Source: Eledone cirrhosa
Taxonomy: Eukaryota
DNA length: 64,000 nt
Assembly: GCA_964016885.1 (NCBI GenBank)
Contig: OZ024743.1
Coordinates: 76,074,001-76,138,000, forward strand
Direction: 5' to 3'
Of this stretch, positions 58,601 to 64,000 are shown piece by piece. Each line of letters starts with the position of its first letter. Position 1 is the first letter of the stretch. The notes beneath the pieces were generated by a model, which worked only from the letters and a program-made list of their open reading frames with translations, had not been told where the DNA came from and made no database searches. A program made the translations under genes and the position numbers.

Positions 58601-58802
58601 TTATATATACATTTATCTATGTGTGCGCGTGTATATATATGTATATATATGTGTGTGTGTGTGTGTGTGTATGTACACACACACTTTTGTGCATTGAATT
58701 ATCGTTCTATGTCAGAAGTCCAGCGTTGACAAACATATGAGGTAACATTGTGTCTAAGCTGTAGATCCACTCCTCCTCCTTTATCGGAGATATTAATGCT
58801 AC

Positions 58803-58841
<39 letters not shown>

Positions 58842-58968
58842 ACACACACACACACAGACACACGCACACACGCACACACGCACACACGCACACACGCACA
58901 CACACACACACACATATATATATGTATGTGTATATAACACAACACAGCTTACATATATATATATATAC

Positions 58969-59047
<79 letters not shown>

Positions 59048-59080
59048 TATATTTATATATAACACAACACTGCGTACACA

Positions 59081-59188
<108 letters not shown>

Positions 59189-59204
59189 TATATACATATA
59201 TACG

Positions 59205-59377
59205 TTATTCCGGGTTGAATCGGAGGTAACCACAGTAAGTAAGGTACTCAATACATTGCAGAGTATAAAAGTTTTAATATAGATGAGATTCTACAGGACT
59301 AGAACTGTTTCATTCTTTAGAAATCATCAGCTGATGATTTCTAGTCCTGTAGAATCTCATCTATATTAAAACTTTTT
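59205..59377 (-). mobile_element. Hammerhead+tail element folded back at the CTGATGA core
   Basis: Apex tcatcag|ctgatga at 59330/59331. The minus strand reads ag-CTGATGA-tttctaaagaat-GAAAC-a-GTT-ct. Confidence 0.8.
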
Positions 59378-59739
59378 TATATATATACACATATAGTATA
59401 TATATATATATATAAATAACACAACACTGCTTTCATATATATATATATAGGAAAAAGTATGACCCCGACGGCAGAGCTCAAGCCGTTTCGACGGCTATTT
59501 TTGGACTCCAGAAATAGTCGTCGAAACGGCTTGAGCTCTGCCGTCGGGGTCATACTCTTTCCTATTTCCCACTCTACTACCCTAAGTATTCTAAGTATTG
59601 AGTACTCTGGTGCGTTATGGTTCATCCGGTTCCTTACCACAATTCCTTTGTTTTATATATATATATATATATATAACACAACACTGCTTACATATATATA
59701 TATATATATATATAAATATATATAAATATATAAGCCTCC

Positions 59740-59809
<70 letters not shown>

Positions 59810-59833
59810 CAGAACATTGCTTACATTCATACT

Positions 59834-59869
<36 letters not shown>

Positions 59870-59994
59870 TATATAAATATATAAGCCTCCAATTATATAT
59901 ATATATATGTATAACACAACACTGCTTACATACACACATACATACTTATATATATACATATATATAACAGAACATTGCTTACATTCATACTTGC

Positions 59995-60070
<76 letters not shown>

Positions 60071-60535
60071 GTATAACACAACACTGCTTACATACATACA
60101 TAGTAAAGTTTCCCAGGTTGGCCACAACTTACTTTCCCTATTTTTCCACGGTTACTATTTTGCATGTTTGTTTTACATTTGTCTTCCCACGAGGGGATCT
60201 GCACACTTTTTTCTTCCATTCCTTCCTATTTTCCCCTTCTTCTTCTCTCCTCACCCCCCCCCCCCCTGTTCTTCCTCCTTCCCCTCTCTTTTCTTTTTTC
60301 TCTCCTTTTTTTCTCTCTTTCTCTCTCCTTTCCCACCTGGCCTTTTGATTAATAAAAGGCCTCTGGCGCACCCGAACTACACCGATGTCCTGTAATTCAG
60401 CGCCGAAACATCGGTTCGGGATACATTTACAGCTGACGATGGAAACTCCTTTCTTCCTTTCTCCTCCTGTTCCGTCCTCACCACCATCCTAAACCTTGGT
60501 TTTAGTAACCACACAGCTCCTTTCGTTTCATAACT

Positions 60536-60596
<61 letters not shown>

Positions 60597-60631
60597 TATA
60601 TATATAAGTATATATGTAAGCAATGTTGTGT

Positions 60632-60685
<54 letters not shown>

Positions 60686-60753
60686 TATATATAAATATAT
60701 ATATATAAGTATGTATATATATATATATATAACAGAACACTGGTTACATGTAT

Positions 60754-60820
<67 letters not shown>

Positions 60821-62106
60821 CATACATACATTATATATATATATACATACATTCATACATTCATACATTCATACATTCATACATACATACATACATCCAT
60901 CCATCCATCCATCCATACATACATACATACATACATACATACATACATACATACATACATACATACATACATACATACATACATACATACATCTATACGT
61001 GCAATATACATCTATACGTGCAATATACATTCGTATATTCATGTATGTATTCTTCCAATATTTTTAACCGGGTGTCAGCCTTGATCAAGTAAATATGACA
61101 GAAGTCCCTCTCAAACTGTCTATATCTCCCACAACATAATATTATTTATAGGGCGGTGAATAGGCAGTATCGGTAGAGGGTTGGGCGCTTTGGTTTCTAG
61201 CATAGTTACATTTCTTTACGGTCTGAGTTCAAATCCCGTCGAGGTTAACTCTGCCTTTCATTCTTACGGGGTCGATAAAATAAAGTACCAGTAATATACT
61301 GAGTATTGCTGGCCTTGTGCCAAAATTAGAAACAATTATTTAACCCTTCCAATGCTGTTTATAGAATTGGAAGGGTAAAAGTTGCTTTTAATTAAAATGT
61401 CTTATTTTTCTCAAATTCTACTCGTAATATGTATTTTTATGTTTGTTTTGTAATCTACCTCTCTGACCTCGGTTAAAAATATTGTATGTAGTATGTATGT
61501 ATGTATGTGTGTATGTATGTTTGTATGTTTTTATGTTTATATGTATGTATGTATGTTTGTACGTATGTATATATGTATGTATGTATGCATCTTTGTATGT
61601 GTGTGTGTATGTATGTATGTATGTGTATAAGTATGTATGTATGTTTGTATGTGTGTATGTATGTATGTATGTATGTGTATATGTATGTATGAATAAATGT
61701 ATGTATGTATGTATGTTCTTCTGGTTTTATAATTTCACAAATTTTTACCAATAGAGAGAGAGTCGGTTTCTAACATAGACACAAGACTCTCTCATTGGAA
61801 TTTATACATCAACTAGGTAGATTATGTATGTGTAGGTGTGAATGTTATTGTAGGTATCGATGTGTGCATGTGTATACGCTTTGTATCTGTACATGTGCAT
61901 ATGCAGTTATTAGATGCAATCTTTTTGGAATGTTTTACATATTTTTACTGTTCCATTAAATGGATTGGACTTGTAATTTCCTAACTAGTTCTGTACTATT
62001 TATGTATGTATGTATGTATGTATGTATGTATGTATGTATGTATGTATGTATGTGTGTATGTGTGTATGTGTGTATGTATGTATGTGTGTATGTATGTACG
62101 TTCTTA

Positions 62107-62142
<36 letters not shown>

Positions 62143-62151
<9 letters not shown>

Positions 62152-62445
62152 AAACGAAAAATCAGTGATGCATCTGAACTCAATTTATTGTGTGTTACAA
62201 TTGTTTCGCCGGCGGACAGCTCGAGACACGATCATCGTGTGGATCTGTCTGATTCTGGATCCAGAATCACACAGATCCACACGATGATCGTGTCCCGAGC
62301 TGTCCGCCGGCGAAACAATTGTAACACAATAAATTGAGTTCAGATGCATCACTGATTTTTCGTTTTATATTATATCACACTCTGCTCTGTAAGAGCATAG
62401 AGTGGTCAACCGGCATACCGCCTATGGAAGCATCTTAGCTACCAT
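62143..62445 (+). mobile_element. Tail+hairpin element with ~115-bp near-perfect arms
   Basis: Apex ctggatccag at ~62259, containing GAAAC-aatt-GTA. The tail cactctgctct..agagcatagagtg..cggc.taccgc resembles 4339-4383. Confidence 0.88.
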
Positions 62446-62476
<31 letters not shown>

Positions 62477-62623
62477 GTATATTATAAAATAACAGGAGGT
62501 TGGACTGGTGTAATTCCTTAAAAGGTTTATTATACTACGATCATTTCAGTGACCGGGTTCAGTATGAATCCGGTGACATCATCAGGTATTCGAAATTTAA
62601 CAAAGGAATATAATAGAAAAAAT

Positions 62624-62675
<52 letters not shown>

Positions 62676-64000
62676 CAATTATATCAAATTGTTATATGTA
62701 AGAATTATATCTTGCTTCTAAGAAATACTTATTACTGAATTATTGGAAAAGTAATTCAGCAGAACGTAATCTATATTTTAGGATCAATAAGTCTGGACAG
62801 TATTGAGAGGGTTAAGATTGTTTATTGTGAGAATTAACATAAAACTAGACGTTATTCTAGTATGGTGAACTGTTGTGTTGACAATAGCTGGCTCAAAACA
62901 GTTCTTACCATTTTATAGAGTTTGCCCAGAATATAATCGTTTCTGATTTAGGTACAAGACCAACAGTTTTCAGTGGAGGGGAAAGTCGATTATGTCGACC
63001 CCAGTACGTTACTGGTACTTTATTTTATTCACCCCACGAGGAGGAAAGGCAAAGCTGACATCGGCGGGATTTGAACTCCGAACGTAAAGTGCTGTAACTC
63101 TATGCTGCAAAGCACATTCAGTTCTACATATATTTTATTTGTGGCTATCATCAATGACCAACTCCAACAGTTATACATTCATATATGATGGCTGCCCCTT
63201 CGTTATCGGGTATGGCCATTGCACGATATACCATTATTAGTAATTATTAATTAATTCTATCGTGCAATGCCTGTGCGTGAAGATTGTTTTTAAAGTGAGA
63301 AAAGACTGTGCACTGAGCCAATCCCACTCTCTGAGAGACAGTAGCTATAACCCGAAAAGAAGAAAAGATCAACATCATCGATAACTACAGAGCAGCAGGT
63401 TTTATGTCGGAGTTATCCCAGTTTCCTGAGTTGCCTTCTCCTAGAAGAATGTCCTGACAAAGGTTAGGGGTCCTTCACTCCCAGTGGTTTAACCGCGCGA
63501 TCGGGTATCCAGCCTAATTATTTCTATGTTGCCGCGCATATACACATATATATACATGTATATACATATTTACACATTTTGGATGGCTGTTGACTCTTAT
63601 GAGTTTTCCGCCCTTTATCAGGTTTTGCTTTTTGTCCTGCAGGGTGTCCCAAATCACCCTCCACACCAAGTAAACTTGGTGGGGATGCCGGTTTAGTCGC
63701 CGACGACCCGACCATGCGACAGGTTGTACTGTGTTACATGTTACTCAAGAGTGACCCGACATAAACATACATACATACATACATAACAATCCATTAATGG
63801 AACAGTAAAAATATGTAAAACATTCCAAAAATGTTGCATCTAATAACTGCATAGACACATGTACATATACAAAGCATATACACATGCACACATACAACTC
63901 AAAACATCCACATCCACACATACAATAACATCCATATCTACACATGCAGACATGCATACATAATCTACCTAGTCGATGTTGTGTAAATTCCAATGAGAGA

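Overview
This is eukaryotic, gene-poor DNA saturated with microsatellites. The SINE families and the (TA)n/(CA)n load suggest a cephalopod (octopus-like) genome; this is an inference. I can support no host protein-coding gene, and almost all long ORFs in the track are simple-repeat artefacts. The real coding sequence is retrotransposon-derived. It comprises a near full-length Tx1/L1-clade LINE inside a head-to-tail stack of four copies joined by (GATA)n (12.8-22.6 kb), a mirror-symmetric cluster of R4/Dong-type and Tx1 3' ends in an (AAT)n/(ATT)n tract (32.8-36.2 kb), and CRE, RTE and CR1 fragments. Two tRNA-derived SINE families, TA-flanked MITEs, a non-autonomous Helitron and several minisatellites are also present. 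The most interesting signal is non-coding. Many 100-350 bp unique-looking islands between (TA)n tracts are Penelope-like-element-type termini from several unrelated sequence families. They carry (i) type I hammerhead ribozyme folds, some intact and with covarying stems, (ii) fold-back hairpins whose outer edge is usually fixed while the apex varies, and (iii) a bulged stem-loop just beyond that edge, conserved by compensatory changes across families. Together these suggest a dense, TA-targeting, ribozyme-bearing non-autonomous retroelement system. All coordinates and folds were read by eye, and boundaries inside microsatellites are approximate.
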